Below, piece by piece: positions 17,834-26,945 of a stretch of 64,000 nt of DNA. Within the stretch, counting starts at the first letter, position 1. Each line of letters starts with the position of its first letter. A program made the translations under genes and the position numbers. A model generated the notes under the pieces. It had not been told where the DNA came from. It ran no database searches and was given only the letters and a program-made list of their open reading frames with translations. The stretch comes from an uncultured Lachnospiraceae bacterium. GTDB lineage: Bacteria; Bacillota; Clostridia; Lachnospirales; Lachnospiraceae. The stretch lies in the NCBI GenBank assembly GCA_910586705.1, contig CAJUJK010000019.1, positions 3,643 through 67,642 of the forward strand. The letters run 5' to 3'.

Positions 17834-20077
17834 ATGCAGAGAGTTTCAAAAGAATATAAAAACTCAATGAAAGAACTGCTGCGTGGGCAGTCATACATGA
17901 TGGTGTCATTCGGCCTCGTAAATCAGGAGGCGATGGCAAATGCTGCGGTCGAAGGTAATAATTTTACATACTTCTCAAAGCAAAGCAATTTATTTGGCAG
18001 GAAGTTGGACGGTACAGCATACGCCACATTGGAGCAGGACTTTACGAAAGTAGACGGATCAATGTTCTTTCTTCCGAGGGAAACATCCCACTGTGCGTAT
18101 TATGACACCGGTCTTATAGGAGACCGGCTCATCAATGAATGGGACGAAGCAAAGTATGAATTATTTATCGAATTGAATGTGCTAGCCACAGATATAAAGG
18201 GTTTGACCGTGAACTTCGGAGAGGTTTACCCGGTTGACTTTGATATTATAACGAGTTCTGGGCAAGTCGTAGAAATCCGCGGGAATGACACGGGAGAATT
18301 TGTGACTGAGGAAGTGTTGAGAAATACAACCTATGTCAAATTCAGATTTTATTCCATGAAGAACCCGGATTCCAGACTGAGAGTTTATACAATCCAGTTG
18401 GGGTTCGGACTTACATATTACAACGATGATATCATGGATTCATCTTTTGTGTCATATGTTTCTCCCATATGTGCAGATGTACCGCAGATTGATTTTTCTG
18501 TCAAACTGCAAAACTACGATCAGTATTTTAATGTGGACAATCCGAACTCCGCAATCAACTTCATCGAAACGGGTCAGGAGATGTATGTGTGGTATGGGTA
18601 CAGACCACATGAAGATAGTGAAATAGAGTGGTTTCAGTCCGCAAAGCTGCTTTGTAGTGAATGGGAAAGCGATGATTATACAGCCACAATAAAGTGCAGG
18701 GACCTCTTTAGAAGCATGGATGATGAATATTACAAAGGTCAGTACAGACAAGAAGGAATAACACTTTATGATTTGGCAGTTTTGGTGTTTGAGGATGCCG
18801 GAATTGAAGAGTATTACATTGATCCGTATTTGAAGAAGCTGAAAACGAGAAACCCTATGCCGAGAGTGCGGCACAAAGAGGCTTTGCAGATTATCGCAAA
18901 TGCCGGCCGCTGTATACTGACACAAAATCCGTTCGGAGTACCACAGATAAAGTCCTCTTTCATGCCGGAATATTGGTTTACCACAAATGGGGAAACGGAG
19001 TATTCCAACGTTGCAAATATCAAGAGCAATGAGCCAAAACAGGAATACTCATCTTATGCACTCGATTACGCAAGGGTAGACAAATGGATGTATAATCTTC
19101 CAGAAAACCATGAGGGAGGTCTTTACATCGGATATGTGTCATCTTATCAATCTGGTGCAGACGGATATTTTGAAACGAACCCCGTGCTGACAATAACTCA
19201 AGAAACACAGTTTAAGTATTACGGATTCAAGATCAGATTTGGCAGTATGCTTCCGGCAGAATTTAAGGTAAGCACATATAACAATGGGGATTTGGTAGAA
19301 GAATATTTCTATGATGATTCTGATATAAGCAGGATCACTACGATTATACAGGAATTTAAGTATTTTGATGTTATGAAAGTTGAATTTATAAAGACAAAAA
19401 ATCCTTATAACCGAATCGTGGTAGATTACTTTAGCTTTGGGGATATTACAGATTTCACAATGGAAAGAAAGGATATGATGACATCCCCGAAGTCTATCAA
19501 ACAGGAATTAGTAAAAAGGGTGGATATATCGTGCTACTCCTACAATGAGAGTAAAAACGGATTGGAAACAATCGTAAGCGAGGAAGTAAACGCAGTAAGC
19601 GGAGATATGGTTATATATTATCTCGGAAATGCCTCATACGGATTCCAGGCAACCTTTGACGGATCAGAAAGCAACGTACAGATTCTTGAAGACGGCTCAT
19701 TTTTCTTAAAGGTTCTGTTTAAGAAATCCGGCAAGGCGCAGTTCGAGGTTGCTGCCTATAAATACGCAATAGCAGAACAGTATGCAACAAAATCTCTGAA
19801 TAATAGAGGGAAAGTAGTTACTTGGGGTAATCCTCTTGTTGGGGATATGGAAATGGCAAAGGATTTGTCTGAGTGGATAGGAGAGTATTACAACGCCGGA
19901 ATCGAGTACGAATATGATTCTCGTGGAAATCCAGAGATGGAGGCAAACGATGTTATTTATCAGGAAAATGCATATGTGGAAGATATGAAAGTAAGGGTGT
20001 ACCGGCACACAACAAACTTCAATGGCAGCATATCTGGAAAGGTAGTTGCTCGGAGAGTTTCTTATAATTCGGCGTAG
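17834..20077 (+). CDS. Tail tip/baseplate hub protein
   Basis: 747 aa after Dit; HKEALQIIANAG and RGNP motifs. Confidence 0.7.
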   Translation: MQRVSKEYKNSMKELLRGQSYMMVSFGLVNQEAMANAAVEGNNFTYFSKQSNLFGRKLDGTAYATLEQDFTKVDGSMFFLPRETSHCAYYDTGLIGDRLINEWDEAKYELFIELNVLATDIKGLTVNFGEVYPVDFDIITSSGQVVEIRGNDTGEFVTEEVLRNTTYVKFRFYSMKNPDSRLRVYTIQLGFGLTYYNDDIMDSSFVSYVSPICADVPQIDFSVKLQNYDQYFNVDNPNSAINFIETGQEMYVWYGYRPHEDSEIEWFQSAKLLCSEWESDDYTATIKCRDLFRSMDDEYYKGQYRQEGITLYDLAVLVFEDAGIEEYYIDPYLKKLKTRNPMPRVRHKEALQIIANAGRCILTQNPFGVPQIKSSFMPEYWFTTNGETEYSNVANIKSNEPKQEYSSYALDYARVDKWMYNLPENHEGGLYIGYVSSYQSGADGYFETNPVLTITQETQFKYYGFKIRFGSMLPAEFKVSTYNNGDLVEEYFYDDSDISRITTIIQEFKYFDVMKVEFIKTKNPYNRIVVDYFSFGDITDFTMERKDMMTSPKSIKQELVKRVDISCYSYNESKNGLETIVSEEVNAVSGDMVIYYLGNASYGFQATFDGSESNVQILEDGSFFLKVLFKKSGKAQFEVAAYKYAIAEQYATKSLNNRGKVVTWGNPLVGDMEMAKDLSEWIGEYYNAGIEYEYDSRGNPEMEANDVIYQENAYVEDMKVRVYRHTTNFNGSISGKVVARRVSYNSA

Positions 20078-20088
20078 GAGGAAATAGC

Positions 20089-20517
20089 ATGGCGTTATGG
20101 GAAACCCCTAAAACAGATTGGTATGGATTTACCAACAGCAACGGGGATTATGAGGGGGATAGGTTCAATTCCACTGACTATAACAGAATCAAAAACAACA
20201 TCCAGTACCTCCGGGATATGGCAGTTGAAATGTATGATGAATTTAACATAGAGGCATTGGAGGACAAAGGAACTGCGGACTATCCATATGCGGATGAGAT
20301 AAATACGATTGAAGCAAATCTTGAATCCGTAGCATCTCATACGTTCAATAAAGACTATGGTAAAGCTATTATTTTTTCAGACAATGCGGCATTTATTGAT
20401 TTTAACGAACTTAACAGGATAGAAAGTGCCACATTGGATTTATACAAACAATTAACAAATCAACATGAGGGGCGGCGTATGTTGACGTTCATGTTTGGAT
20501 CGAGGGAGGTATTTTAA
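20089..20517 (+). CDS. Minor tail protein
   Basis: WETPKTDW, DYNRIKNNI and LNRIE motifs. Confidence 0.65.
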   Translation: MALWETPKTDWYGFTNSNGDYEGDRFNSTDYNRIKNNIQYLRDMAVEMYDEFNIEALEDKGTADYPYADEINTIEANLESVASHTFNKDYGKAIIFSDNAAFIDFNELNRIESATLDLYKQLTNQHEGRRMLTFMFGSREVF

Positions 20518-20518
20518 A

Positions 20519-22033
20519 ATGGCAGCTTTTGAAATGTTAAGAACTGATTATGTAGATGCTGTGTTTGACGGGTTTCGGAAATACCTGCAGATTATCAACC
20601 CAGACGGAACATTTTCTTTTGCAGATGTTACAAATTACACAGTCAAAGAGGGTGCGTTTTTTGGCGCAAAGGATGCAAATACGATAAATACTGCGGTCAA
20701 TGCGATTCTGGCTGCACTGGAAAACGGAACGGATCTTTATGAAGTGTTTACGCAGTTCTTTGATCTGCAGAAGACACTGTTTCTGGAAGAAAGTGATGCC
20801 AAACAGGAAAGCTTTGAGGAATACATTGTGCAGCTTCAAAGATATATGGATGGCAAATGGGATGAGCTGAAAGCTGAGTATACAGGCGATATCCAGTATT
20901 TTAAAGATGTGCAGGAAAATGCTTTCAATGTGTGGTTCCAGATGGTGAGGGATCAGCTTACAAATGATGTGGCAGGGCATTTGCAAACGCAGATCGGCAA
21001 TCTGAACAACCTTGAAACAGAAGAAAAGGGTGATCTTGTCTCCGCGATCAACAGCCTTGCCCGCACTTATGATGAGACAATGACGATACTTGCCGGAGTA
21101 GGCAGGATAGATCTTGAGATTGAGGTATTAAACGGAGGCGAAAGCGCGGTAGGAAAGAAAGTGATACTGCGGAACGAAGTGACTGGGCAGGAGGTAACAA
21201 AAGAGTACACGGGTGAAACCTTGTCTTTTAACGGCTACTGCGGTATGGAACACAGTGTCCGCGTGGAAGGGCTGGAGGAGTACATAGAAGCAGGAGACGG
21301 GAAAGGTATCCTCGTGGAAGAAGGAATAGGCATCTTTGTACATCTGGGTTACCGTCTCAGGACGTTAGAGCAGTCTTCGTGGGAGCAGATCATCCGTATT
21401 TCAGAAGAGGGCAGGGCGGGCAGCAGGTTTAAGATCCATGATACAAAAGAAATTGAACTGACGACAGGAGAAAAGATAGAGGTAGAGATCGTGGGCTTTA
21501 ATCACGATATTCTGACTGCGGACGAATCCAAAACGGCGGGAATCACTTTCGGGATGAAAGACTGCCTGACACAGACATACAGAATGAATGCAGCAAATAC
21601 GAATGCCGGCGGGTGGAAAGAATCGGAGATGCGGACGGTTCATATCAGGGAGCGCCTTTACGATGTCTTGCCGGATGAACTGAAAGCAGGAATTAAGCAG
21701 GTCAATAAAAATACATCGGCAGGAAACAAGAGCACAGAGGTTGAGACGACGGCGGATGAGGTATTCCTGTTCTCGCTTGTTGAGATGGGTGCAACAGGTC
21801 TGGGTACACCGTATAGTCAGGAAGGAAGTGCTTATCCAGCGTTTACAAGCAATGCGCTGCGCGTAAAACGCAAAGGAAAAGGAGGACCGACGGCAAGCTA
21901 TCGGATGCGTTCGGCATATGCGGGAAACACAACAAACTTTATTTATGTAAGCAGCAGCGGTTCCTGCAGTACGGGATATAGTACAGCAGCAAACAGTACA
22001 AGTTACGCCATGGCGGCAGGTTTCTGCGTATAA
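20519..22033 (+). CDS. Tail fibre/receptor-binding protein with C-terminal DUF6273-like domain
   Basis: IGNLNNLETEEKGDLVSAIN fibre repeat; GGWKESEMR, DEVFLFSLVE and terminal GFCV motifs. Confidence 0.7.
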   Translation: MAAFEMLRTDYVDAVFDGFRKYLQIINPDGTFSFADVTNYTVKEGAFFGAKDANTINTAVNAILAALENGTDLYEVFTQFFDLQKTLFLEESDAKQESFEEYIVQLQRYMDGKWDELKAEYTGDIQYFKDVQENAFNVWFQMVRDQLTNDVAGHLQTQIGNLNNLETEEKGDLVSAINSLARTYDETMTILAGVGRIDLEIEVLNGGESAVGKKVILRNEVTGQEVTKEYTGETLSFNGYCGMEHSVRVEGLEEYIEAGDGKGILVEEGIGIFVHLGYRLRTLEQSSWEQIIRISEEGRAGSRFKIHDTKEIELTTGEKIEVEIVGFNHDILTADESKTAGITFGMKDCLTQTYRMNAANTNAGGWKESEMRTVHIRERLYDVLPDELKAGIKQVNKNTSAGNKSTEVETTADEVFLFSLVEMGATGLGTPYSQEGSAYPAFTSNALRVKRKGKGGPTASYRMRSAYAGNTTNFIYVSSSGSCSTGYSTAANSTSYAMAAGFCV

Positions 22034-22056
22034 GGGAAGAAGGAGGTGAAATTAAG

Positions 22057-22701
22057 GTGAAACAGATGCTGGATGCCATAAAAGACTGGGTAAAAAACCA
22101 GATAAAACGGATCAAGGAAGATATGGGAAAACTTGAGGAAAAAATCGACATAGATACTCTGTTAAGGAAAACAGGTGATGCTGGAAAGACACGGGTTAAA
22201 GCTGCAGATAAATATTTTTATTATGATCCGACATTTACAAATGGTTATGAGAATCTGGAGGATATTCTCGGAACCATTATCAAGGCAATGAAGAATATGG
22301 ATTACAGAGTCTATCATCAAAGTCTGCTGATGTCGTCATTAAGATTTGTTAGTGAAGATGCACTAGACGGCGCGTTTGAAGAATGGATAGAGGGTGGAAG
22401 TACATACCCAGACAAGGATAAAGTGCTGCTTATATATGGTAAAGGCGGCGCAGTAAACGCAAATGGGAGACTCACGTCTGATTTTTATAGGGTATATATG
22501 GTTTTTTATAAAGATCCCCCATCTTCGGCGACCTATCCGTGTGGCAGGGTTTTGGTACAGTTAGGATCGGTCGGATCAACAGCAAGGTGGTCTTTGGCTG
22601 TTACGTTGACAAGTGCAACAAATAGTAGTCTCCCATCGCTTGTATTAAAAATACCAAAGGGAAGTTGGGCAGAAGTCGGATATGCGGAGTTAAATCTATA
22701 G
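22057..22701 (+). CDS. Hypothetical tail-associated protein
   Basis: AAGGAGGT RBS; located in the fibre module. Confidence 0.65.
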   Translation: MKQMLDAIKDWVKNQIKRIKEDMGKLEEKIDIDTLLRKTGDAGKTRVKAADKYFYYDPTFTNGYENLEDILGTIIKAMKNMDYRVYHQSLLMSSLRFVSEDALDGAFEEWIEGGSTYPDKDKVLLIYGKGGAVNANGRLTSDFYRVYMVFYKDPPSSATYPCGRVLVQLGSVGSTARWSLAVTLTSATNSSLPSLVLKIPKGSWAEVGYAELNL

Positions 22702-22717
22702 CAGGAGGTGGTTCTGG

Positions 22718-23092
22718 TTGAAAACAAGTAAGAAAGTTGTATATGCGAAAGGCGGGACATTTGATATTCTGGGCTATGTTATCCATGGGAATCTGGTGCG
22801 TCTGCATTATCCCGGTCCGACTGAGAATACAAGCGGCTTTATGATTTGCGATGAAGACGGGAACATCCTGCATGACTGCTCTGACTTTATCTATCGCTGG
22901 GATGTAGTCGATCAGAAGGAAAACGCGATCTACTACACCAACGACCCGGATTACCGCCAGACAGAACCTTGGGCGGAGCTGTGCGATATCCCGGAGCAGG
23001 CGGAGCCGCTGACAAATGAAGAACTGACAGAGGCTGTGGCTGATCTCATGTACGAGGTCAGCATGGCACAGCTCGGGTTAGAGGGGAGGTGA
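22718..23092 (+). CDS. Hypothetical protein (XkdW-like position)
   Basis: AGGAGGT RBS; C-terminal LTEAVADLMYE helix. Confidence 0.6.
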   Translation: MKTSKKVVYAKGGTFDILGYVIHGNLVRLHYPGPTENTSGFMICDEDGNILHDCSDFIYRWDVVDQKENAIYYTNDPDYRQTEPWAELCDIPEQAEPLTNEELTEAVADLMYEVSMAQLGLEGR

Positions 23093-23098
23093 GAGGAT

Positions 23099-23254
23099 AT
23101 GGCATATAGAATTATGAAAAGTCTGATATCAAACAGCATGAAGAGCAATGAGGAGCTGTCAGCCATGGCAGACGTGTACTACGGCTCCGGCAGACTGACT
23201 GACGAGCAGTACACAGAGATCGTGACCCTGATCGGGAAGAGGGAGGAGACGTAA
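23099..23254 (+). CDS. 51-aa XkdX-like protein (not in the ORF track)
   Basis: MAYRIMKSLISNSMKSNEELSAMADVYYGSGRLTDEQYTEIVTLIGKREET; GRLTDEQY motif; GGAGGT RBS. Confidence 0.7.
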   Translation: MAYRIMKSLISNSMKSNEELSAMADVYYGSGRLTDEQYTEIVTLIGKREET

Positions 23255-23589
23255 TGGACGGGTACATAACCAGAAATGAGCACGAGGAGTTCTGCCGGAG
23301 GATGGAATCAGAAAACAGCCGTCTGGAGGATGAGAACAACCGTCAGAACAAACGTATTACCCTGCTTGAAGAGACTGTACGGCAGATTAATGACCTTACA
23401 ATTTCAGTCAAGGAGATGGCTGTGAATATGGCAAACATGCTGGAGGAGCAGAAGAAGCAGGGGGAGAGGCTTGGAACATTAGAAGGTGTGGATGGAGATA
23501 TGTGGAAAGAAGTGAGAAAAAATATTTTATTTACCATAATTGGAATAGTTCTTTCCTATGTTTTTATGAAAGTGGGGATCAGTACATAA
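23254..23589 (+). CDS. Lysis-module membrane protein (coiled coil plus C-terminal TM helix)
   Basis: Heptad pattern, hydrophobic C-terminus, position before the holin. Confidence 0.65.
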   Translation: MDGYITRNEHEEFCRRMESENSRLEDENNRQNKRITLLEETVRQINDLTISVKEMAVNMANMLEEQKKQGERLGTLEGVDGDMWKEVRKNILFTIIGIVLSYVFMKVGIST

Positions 23590-23999
23590 TGGATATTTCA
23601 AAGCTGATTTTGATTTTAGTTGCCATAGTTGGAATGGCAATCGCTTTTTCAATAGTTGCTATAATCAATCTAAGAGTATTGAGGCGCAGACGGAAAAGGA
23701 AGAAAAAGGTCAGCCTTAATACCTATACAAAGGTCATTACAACGGCGGTGGTGGCACATGGAATGATTCTTACCTCATGCTCTTACATACTTTCGTATAT
23801 GGGTATGGACCCAGTGGTTGACGTTTCGAGTACCATCGTTAAGGAGATCGTTGCCCCTCTGGTGGTGTATCTCGGAACAAACACGATTATGAACATCTTT
23901 GAGAAAAATAAATTAAGTTTCTCAGTTCCGTTAAATGCGGAACTTGTTAATAAAGAAACAGAAACACAAAATTCAAATACCGATGAATCGGTAGGATAG
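23589..23999 (+). CDS. Lysis-module membrane protein, holin-like
   Basis: About three hydrophobic segments; RRRRKRKKK after TM1; TAATG coupling. Confidence 0.6.
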   Translation: MDISKLILILVAIVGMAIAFSIVAIINLRVLRRRRKRKKKVSLNTYTKVITTAVVAHGMILTSCSYILSYMGMDPVVDVSSTIVKEIVAPLVVYLGTNTIMNIFEKNKLSFSVPLNAELVNKETETQNSNTDESVG

Positions 24000-24009
24000 G
24001 AGGAAATTT

Positions 24010-24360
24010 ATGAACGAAATTTTATTTGAAGCACTGAAACTTTTGGTTATGGTAGCGACGCTGATTGTCGTGAGGTATTTCATTCCGTTGATTAAGGCTC
24101 GTATTGACGACCAGAAGCTGCAGACAATCTCTAAATGGGCGGAAAAGGCCGTTCTGAGTACACAGCAGTTGCTCTGGGCGAAGCCGGGAACGGACAGGAA
24201 AGCGGAAGTCACAAAGTTTTTGAAAGAACTGCTGATTGCGAAGAATATCTCAATCAGTGACGAACAGCTTAACATTCTGATCGAGGCTGCCGTGAAACAG
24301 ATGAAGATAAGTGAAAATGCGGGCGTTGCGGTTACCGCCACTAACGAAACAGGAAAATAA
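24010..24360 (+). CDS. Holin, LL-H-like
   Basis: N-terminal TM helix; AEKAV...GTDRK...LIEAAV motifs. Confidence 0.8.
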   Translation: MNEILFEALKLLVMVATLIVVRYFIPLIKARIDDQKLQTISKWAEKAVLSTQQLLWAKPGTDRKAEVTKFLKELLIAKNISISDEQLNILIEAAVKQMKISENAGVAVTATNETGK

Positions 24361-24367
24361 TTTTATG

Positions 24368-24413
24368 AGAGCCATTGAGCCGGATGTGTAAAAGCATCCG
24401 GTTCTTCTCATTT
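24368..24413 (+). terminator. Terminator-like hairpin with tandem GAGCC motif, copy 3, before the endolysin
   Basis: AGAGCCATTGAGCCGGATGT-loop-GCATCCGGTTC-TTCTCATTT; first 21 nt identical to copy 2. Confidence 0.65.
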
Positions 24414-24428
24414 GAAAGGAGACTGCTT

Positions 24429-25805
24429 ATGGCACTAAAAGGAAACACACGCGAAGAGCAGATTTGGAATTTCCTTAAAGCAGAGATAGGTAATGATTTT
24501 GGAGTTGCCGGCCTTATGGGGAATTTGTCTGCTGAGAGCGGACTTAACCCTAAAAACCTTGAAAATCTGTGCGAGCGGAGGCTGAAAGAAGCCGGGAAGC
24601 CTTATTGCTCAGATGAATCTTACACAGAAGCCGTTGACAGTGGGAAAATCAACCGTGCTGAGTTTCTGAATCCGTTACCCGGAAAGCAATACGGATATGG
24701 ATTGGCGCAATGGACTTCTGTAGGGCGGAAAGCCGGCCTTTATGATTTGGTAAAGTCGAAAGGTGTGTCAATCGGGGATTTGGAAACACAGCTTGAATAT
24801 CTGCGCAAAGAACTGAGAAACAGTTACAAGTCTGTCCTGTCCGCCTTAAAGAGCGCAACGAACGTAAAAGCCGCATCGGATATTGTTCTGGTAAAGTTTG
24901 AAAATCCAAAAAATAAGGGCGATTCCGTCAAGAATGGACGTGCGGAACGCGGACAGGCATTTTATGACAAATATGCAACGGGAGGAAAGAAGATGGCTAT
25001 AAAGGTTGGGAGCGCAAGAATAGATGAGAATGGTAAGCTGACTGGCGGGAAAGCCGGGGACCAGACCGGAAGTGAAGTAAGCACACAGAATTACTATATG
25101 CACTCAAAAGGTTGGTATCTTCTCAGACCAAAAGACGTTTCCGTGGCAAACTCCATTGCCAAAGCAATGCAGTCTGCTTGTGACAATGAGAATATCGGAT
25201 ATTGCCAGGGGCATAGAACGACTGTGATTATGCAGTTGCAGAAATACGGCAGCATGGCGGCAATCTCTGAAAAGACTGAGGCGGATTGCAGTTCTCTTGT
25301 TAGGGGATGCTGCATTGAAGCCGGTTTTGATCCGGGAAACTTCAATACGGCGAATGAGGCGGCTTGTCTTGAAAAGACCGGGAAGTTTGAAAAGAGGGTT
25401 TCCGTAACATCTTCCACATCTTTACACAATGGGGATGTTCTTGTAACAAAGACAAAAGGGCATACTGTTGTGGTTGTCAGCGGAAATCCGAGGGGCGGAT
25501 CGTCTGCGGTTAGCACAAGCGAACCGTCCGGCAATAATGGAAATACTCTCATAAGAAAGATGCAATCCGCAAAATCGAGGAATAACAGCCTTGCCGGTAC
25601 ATACAAAACAACCGCCAACTTGAATCTGAGGTACGGACCGGGAAAGGATAAGTATGATTCTATCGTCATCCTGCCGGCTGGAACAAAATGCCAATGCTAC
25701 GGATATTATACGTCTGCGTCAGGCGTGAAGTGGCTTTATGTTGTTGCTTCTGTGGATGGAAAACAGTATACGGGATTTGTGAGCATAAGATATTTGACAA
25801 AATAG
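24429..25805 (+). CDS. Modular endolysin: lysozyme-like domain, Cys/His peptidase-amidase-like domain, SH3-like domain
   Basis: AGLMGNLSAES and GYGLAQWT; GDQTG, DCSSLV and GHT; LNLRYGPG. Confidence 0.9.
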   Translation: MALKGNTREEQIWNFLKAEIGNDFGVAGLMGNLSAESGLNPKNLENLCERRLKEAGKPYCSDESYTEAVDSGKINRAEFLNPLPGKQYGYGLAQWTSVGRKAGLYDLVKSKGVSIGDLETQLEYLRKELRNSYKSVLSALKSATNVKAASDIVLVKFENPKNKGDSVKNGRAERGQAFYDKYATGGKKMAIKVGSARIDENGKLTGGKAGDQTGSEVSTQNYYMHSKGWYLLRPKDVSVANSIAKAMQSACDNENIGYCQGHRTTVIMQLQKYGSMAAISEKTEADCSSLVRGCCIEAGFDPGNFNTANEAACLEKTGKFEKRVSVTSSTSLHNGDVLVTKTKGHTVVVVSGNPRGGSSAVSTSEPSGNNGNTLIRKMQSAKSRNNSLAGTYKTTANLNLRYGPGKDKYDSIVILPAGTKCQCYGYYTSASGVKWLYVVASVDGKQYTGFVSIRYLTK

Positions 25806-25823
25806 CGGTAAAAGATGTATAAT
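25794..25823 (+). promoter_or_regulatory. Consensus sigma-A promoter pointing out of the prophage
   Basis: TTGACA (25794-25799), 18 nt, TATAAT (25818-25823). Confidence 0.65.
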
Positions 25824-25889
25824 TGTTTATGTCAAAATCCTATTCCATTTTACAGATAATGCGAGTTAGTTTGAGATAATTCGACTTGA

Positions 25890-25958
25890 TAGCAACCGCA
25901 TAGTAACCAGAACGCCTTTCAAATGCCGTAAAATAAGGGTTCACAGCCTCGATCGAGG
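25890..25958. other. Probable prophage/host junction (att region)
   Basis: TAGYAACC direct repeat at 25890 and 25901; palindrome CCTCGATCGAGG at 25947-25958; the comM frame opens after the TAA at 25934-25936. Confidence 0.6.
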
Positions 25959-26935
25959 AAACGGCAAAGGAAGAGCAGCTCGACTTTTCCCAGATTAACG
26001 GACAGCAGGGACTGAAGCGGGCGGCGGAGGTGGCTGCCGCCGGGTTTCACAATCTGTTGATCATAGGTGCGCCGGGTTCGGGAAAAACCATGCTGGCAAG
26101 ACGGATCCCGTCGATCCTGCCGCCGCTGACGAGGGAGGAGAGTCTGGAGGTGTCTACGATCTACAGCATCTGTGGTCTGCTGCAGTCTGCCGGTTCCCTG
26201 CGGACCACGAGACCGTTTCTGAATCCCCATCATACCATAACAGGGCGGGCGCTTGCGGGGGGCGGGCGGATTCCTATGCCGGGGATCATCAGCCTCGCCC
26301 ACCGGGGTGTGCTTTTCTTGGACGAGCTGCCGGAGTTTAAGCGGGAGACGCTGGATATTTTGAGGCAGCCATTGGAAGACAAACGGGTGCAGATCGCCAG
26401 AAGCAGCGGTTCTTACGTCTATCCCGCGGACTTTATGCTGGTGGGCGCGATGAATCCCTGCCCCTGTGGGTTTTATCCCGACAGGGAGCGGTGCCGCTGT
26501 ACGCCCTTTGAGGTGAAACGGTATCTGAACCGGGTATCGGGACCGATTCTGGACCGCATGGATATCTGCGTGGAGGCAACGCCCATGGCTTTTTCGGATA
26601 TGACTTCAGGCAGGGCGGAGGAGAGCAGCGCACAGGTCAGGGAGAGGGTGATGGCGGCAAGAAAGAGGCAGGAGGAGAGGTTTGCCGGGACGGGGCTGCA
26701 TTTCAACGCGGATATGGGGGCCGGGGACGTGGAACGCTGCTGTGCTCTGGGGGAGGTGGAACTTCGGTATATGGAGCGGATGTTTGCCGCGCTGCAGCTT
26801 TCCGCCAGAGCCTATCACAGGATTCTGAAGGTGGCGAGGACGATCGCGGATCTGGACGATAGCGACAGGATCGGGGAAATGCATCTGGCGGAGGCGATCT
26901 GTTACCGGCAGTCTGACCGGAAATACTGGAATTGA
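25937..26935 (+). pseudogene. comM: 3' remnant of ComM/YifB Mg-chelatase-like AAA+ ATPase
   Basis: LDFSQINGQQGLKRAAEVAAAGFHN, Walker A GAPGSGKT, LFLDE, AMNPCPCG, SARAYHRILKVARTIADL; N-terminal domain absent; upstream of dprA. Confidence 0.9.
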
Positions 26936-26945
26936 GAAGGGGTGA

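Larger units (their letters stand above)
1..25940 (+). mobile_element. Prophage (siphovirus-like), right arm; left end outside the window
   Basis: Co-oriented portal-head-tail-tape measure-fibre-holin-endolysin gene order. Visibly more AT-rich than the host DNA after ~25,950, with an abrupt switch into the middle of comM. Confidence 0.95.

Noticed and set aside
21890..22033. Complete diversity-generating retroelement
   Set aside because: No template repeat or reverse transcriptase in the window.
25919..26302. Minus-strand ORF across the junction as an excisionase or integrase
   Set aside because: Antisense to comM, with no recombinase or helix-turn-helix motif.
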